From the NCBI GenBank assembly GCA_963840035.1, contig CAWIXE010000001.1, positions 544,001-608,000 on the forward strand: 64,000 bases of DNA. The letters are read 5' to 3'. The notes under the pieces were generated by a model. That model had not been told where the DNA came from. It did no database searches and saw only the letters and a list, made by a program, of their open reading frames with translations. Each line of letters starts with the position of its first letter. The first letter of the stretch is position 1. This stretch comes from a candidate division FCPU426 bacterium (GTDB taxonomy: Bacteria; Oederibacteriota; PGYV01; Palsa-1178). Positions 60,958-64,000 of the stretch are shown piece after piece. The translations under genes were made by a program, and so were the position numbers.

Positions 60958-61071
60958 TGTCATTGCGAGGAGGCGTTTTGTTTCTTGCCGACGAAGCAAT
61001 CCTGCTGTTTTATAATATTGAAACGAGATTGCTTCGTCGCCATAAAGCAAATACGGCTTCTCGCAATGACA
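60958..61071. repeat. Palindromic intergenic repeat element (GTCATTGCGAG...CTCGCAATGAC type)
   Basis: TGTCATTGCGAG/CTCGCAATGACA ends and CGACGAAGCAATC/GATTGCTTCGTCG inner inverted repeat. Confidence 0.75.
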
Positions 61072-61142
61072 TACTGTAAACATGAACATAACTGTCGAAT
61101 ATATAGGCAGTTACAGACGTAAGCGTTTTAAGGGGGAATTAA

Positions 61143-62180
61143 ATGTTACAGGGTTTTTCCGACCGTTTTAAGGACGTGACGATACTCCTTGTGGAAGACG
61201 ACCACGGGGTATCTGAGCTTATGAACACGCTGATAAAAGAAGAAATCGGCAGCGGAGTGCGCATAACCAAGGCGGCGACGCTGGATGCGGCCCTGGCTGA
61301 GAACTGCAAAACAAGGCACAGCATAGTGCTTTTGGACCTGAACCTTCCCGACAGCAGGGGCATAGAAACCCTGCAATCATTCCGTAAAAAATTCGCGGAT
61401 ACCCCGGTTATCATATTGACAGCGCTTGCAGACCCGGACTTCGCGCTGTCAATAGCCAATGAAGGCGCTCAGGATTACCTCATAAAGGGGGATACGGAAC
61501 CTTCGGTAATTGTCAGGTCAATATATTATGCCATTGAAAGGAACAGGATGTACCTGGACCTTAAAAAAAGCAGGGAAGAGCTTCAGCAAAGTTACACAAA
61601 ACTAAAGACCATATCGGACGGCTTCATACAGGCCATAGAAAAGATAGTGGAAACCCGCGACCCGTATACTGCCGGACACCAGAGAAGGGTGGGAGATATC
61701 GCGAAAGCCATCGCGATGAAGCTGAATATGACGACGGATAAGGTGACGGGAGTATATATGGCGGCAGTGATACATGATGTCGGTAAAATATACGTGCCTG
61801 CGGAGATACTTTCAAAACCCGGTAAAATGTCGGATATTGAAATGAGCATCATCAGGACCCACCCGCAGGTCGGCCACGACATATTAAAGACCATAGAATT
61901 TCCCTGGGAGATAGACAAGATAGTGTATCAGCATCATGAACGCGAGGACGGGAGCGGCTATCCGCAGGGATTAAAGTCAGGCCAGATAATGGAGGAAGCT
62001 GCCATTATTTCAATTGCGGATGTGGTGGAGGCCATGGCCTCATCCAGGCCTTACAGGCCGGCGCTGGGGATTGACAAGGCGTTAGAGGAGATAGAAAATA
62101 ATAAGGGCAGGTTATACAGGACAGCGCCGGCGGACGCGTGCCTTGAGATGTTCCGCGATAAATCATTCCACATTTCCTGA
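61143..62180 (+). CDS. Response regulator with HD-GYP output domain
   Basis: LLVEDD, LLDLNLPD, QDYLIKG; TAGHQRRV, HDVGK, HHEREDGSGYP, RPYR. Confidence 0.93.
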   Translation: MLQGFSDRFKDVTILLVEDDHGVSELMNTLIKEEIGSGVRITKAATLDAALAENCKTRHSIVLLDLNLPDSRGIETLQSFRKKFADTPVIILTALADPDFALSIANEGAQDYLIKGDTEPSVIVRSIYYAIERNRMYLDLKKSREELQQSYTKLKTISDGFIQAIEKIVETRDPYTAGHQRRVGDIAKAIAMKLNMTTDKVTGVYMAAVIHDVGKIYVPAEILSKPGKMSDIEMSIIRTHPQVGHDILKTIEFPWEIDKIVYQHHEREDGSGYPQGLKSGQIMEEAAIISIADVVEAMASSRPYRPALGIDKALEEIENNKGRLYRTAPADACLEMFRDKSFHIS

Positions 62181-62607
62181 GATAGTATTACATAAATTAC
62201 ATGATTTATAACCATTGACATTTACAGCGGTTATTTTATAATTATTTTATTACAAAAGGGTGTATACGTGATCTAAAATTACGGTACACGAATCATAGGA
62301 TTTGAGCGGTTTAAAGCAATCAGCCCGACTTACAAATGTGTCGCCGCCTCACTCCTCTAGATATACCCCCTTATATCATTTGCCACGGATATGTGGCTCA
62401 CGCCTAGTAAAGGCGGCGACACTTTTGTGGGCCGGAATAAAACGAATTTTCAATTTTCGAATTTCAATTTTGAATTGAATTCAAAAACATCATCGCTACA
62501 TCGTCAATTGACAATTGGCAATCGTCAATCCTTCGTTATCCCTTGACGGGCGTGCGTTTTCTGTTATACTAAAAAAAGTAAAAAATCAAAACAACAAAGG
62601 ACCTTAT

Positions 62608-63702
62608 ATGGATCTTAAAACAGTATTATATGACGAACACGTCAGGTTAAACGCGCTCATGGCGCCTTTTGCCGGATGGAACATGCCCATACATTACGGC
62701 TCCATAATCGAAGAAACCAAACACACCCGCACGGCCTGCTCTGTTTTTGACATATGCCACATGGGGGAATTCATCGTCAATGAAGACCCGGCCAAATCAA
62801 CCCTTGATGAGGCCATAACAAACCCTGTCATAAAGATGAAAAACCTCTCGTGCAAGTACGGTTTTTTGCTTAACGCCAACGGCACGGCAATCGACGACCT
62901 CATAGTATACCGGATAAAAGACGATAAGTGGATGATAGTGGTAAATGCCTCGAACATAGCGCGCGACGCCAAGGAAATAAGCGGGAACATCGCAAAAGAA
63001 GCGGCATTTGAAGACATCTCAGATAAGACGGTAAAGCTCGACGTGCAGGGCCCAAAATCATACGAAGTCATGAAGTCACTGGTAGGCGATTCCATAGGAA
63101 AACTGAAATATTTCGGGTTTGATACCTTTGACCTTCTCGGGGGTAAATACATAATCAGCAGGACCGGTTATACCGGGGAACTGGGTTATGAAGTTTATAT
63201 TGATAATTCAAAAGGCGTGGAACTCTGGAAAATGCTTTTGAAAAACCCGCTTGTCAAACCCGCGGGTCTGGGAGCGCGCGACATATTAAGGCTCGAAGCG
63301 GGCCTGCCGCTTTACGGGGATGAACTGACGGAAAGCTATACGCCCATAGAAGCGGGCATGGAAAGGTTCCTGGATTTTTCCAAGGATTTCACAGGAAAAG
63401 AAGCGCTTGAAAAGCAGAAAAGGGACGGCGTTAAAAGGATCCTTGCAGGCATTACTGTCGACGGCCGCAGGACGCCCAGGCATACCAATAAAATATTCAT
63501 AGCCGAGAACGAAGTCGGTGTTGTGACAAGCGGAGTGTTCTCGCCGTTTGTAAACAAAGGCATCGGTTTCGCGTACATAGATAAGGAATTTGCGGCCGAA
63601 GGCAGGGATATAGTCATAAAGCTGGACAAAGGCGAGGTTAAAGGCGTTGTAACACCGCCGCCGTTTGTGAAAAATACTTCTATAAGAACGCTGACGGCGT
63701 AA
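62608..63702 (+). CDS. gcvT: Glycine cleavage system aminomethyltransferase
   Basis: FAGWNMP, FDICHMGE, SRTGYTGELGYE, GLGARDILRLEAG. Confidence 0.96.
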   Translation: MDLKTVLYDEHVRLNALMAPFAGWNMPIHYGSIIEETKHTRTACSVFDICHMGEFIVNEDPAKSTLDEAITNPVIKMKNLSCKYGFLLNANGTAIDDLIVYRIKDDKWMIVVNASNIARDAKEISGNIAKEAAFEDISDKTVKLDVQGPKSYEVMKSLVGDSIGKLKYFGFDTFDLLGGKYIISRTGYTGELGYEVYIDNSKGVELWKMLLKNPLVKPAGLGARDILRLEAGLPLYGDELTESYTPIEAGMERFLDFSKDFTGKEALEKQKRDGVKRILAGITVDGRRTPRHTNKIFIAENEVGVVTSGVFSPFVNKGIGFAYIDKEFAAEGRDIVIKLDKGEVKGVVTPPPFVKNTSIRTLTA

Positions 63703-63842
63703 AATAATAATTACTAATTACTAATAAATGTGCGCGGTTGCGCTTTCTATTATAATATTGCAAGGGCAAAGCCCGCGGCAATAGACCATAATTAGTCATT
63801 AATCATCGGCATTTAAAACACAATATTTCAAGGAGGGCTAAG

Positions 63843-64000
63843 ATGAACATACCGGAAAAGTACTTTTTCACAAAGGAACACGAGTGGGTAAAAATAGAAG
63901 GCAATAAGGCGAAGGTCGGCATATCCGACTACGCGCAGCATAAGCTGGGGGACATAACTTTTGTTGACCTTCCCGCAGCGGGAAAGACGGTAAAACAGCT
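63843..64000 (+). CDS. gcvH: Glycine cleavage H protein (partial, runs off the window)
   Basis: [17 protein letters not shown]...[20 protein letters not shown]. Confidence 0.93.
   Translation, partial: MNIPEKYFFTKEHEWVKIEGNKAKVGISDYAQHKLGDITFVDLPAAGKTVKQ

Noticed and set aside
60916..61122. 68-aa ORF
   Set aside because: Largely a translation of the palindromic repeat element
62240..62600. Glycine riboswitch before gcvT
   Set aside because: The conserved GGAGA..CCGAAG..CTCTCAGG aptamer motifs were not found

Overview
Bacterial chromosomal window, probably from a diderm lineage with many Thr-rich secreted proteins carrying a YPNP-type C-terminal domain (taxon not determinable from sequence alone). 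Left to right: 3' part of proS; a REP-associated tyrosine transposase (RAYT) with GTAG-REP palindromes; an IS30 element with an apparent 15-bp target duplication; cspA; a ~18-kb same-strand chemosensory cluster (TsaP/FlgT-like protein, HD-GYP, CheR, two TPR proteins, an MshEN-CheW fusion, a divergent PII, CheY/C/D, a sensor-less MCP, CheW/Y/B/A/C, an FtsA-like ATPase); a VapBC-type TA pair; dprA-topA-xerC; a 1858-aa TxT-repeat surface protein; smpB and tmRNA. A ~12.7-kb island is integrated in the tmRNA 3' end (18-bp att repeats). It carries a large serine recombinase whose C-terminus crosses the att site, a promoter-driven ~218-nt structured RNA candidate, a Rep-like protein with an internal origin-like hairpin, a type II R-M pair, and an unusual IS with two complete DDE transposases inside one pair of terminal inverted repeats. 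Right of the island: a LacI-controlled GH16-CBM6-GH64 beta-1,3-glucanase, an envelope-protein cluster with one frameshifted gene, a REC-HD-GYP protein, a candidate sRNA, gcvT and the start of gcvH. The best novelty candidates are the chemosensory system with MshEN-CheW and PII, the dual-transposase IS, and the island's ncRNA and integrase tail switch. All calls come from motif recognition by eye; no database search or folding program was run.
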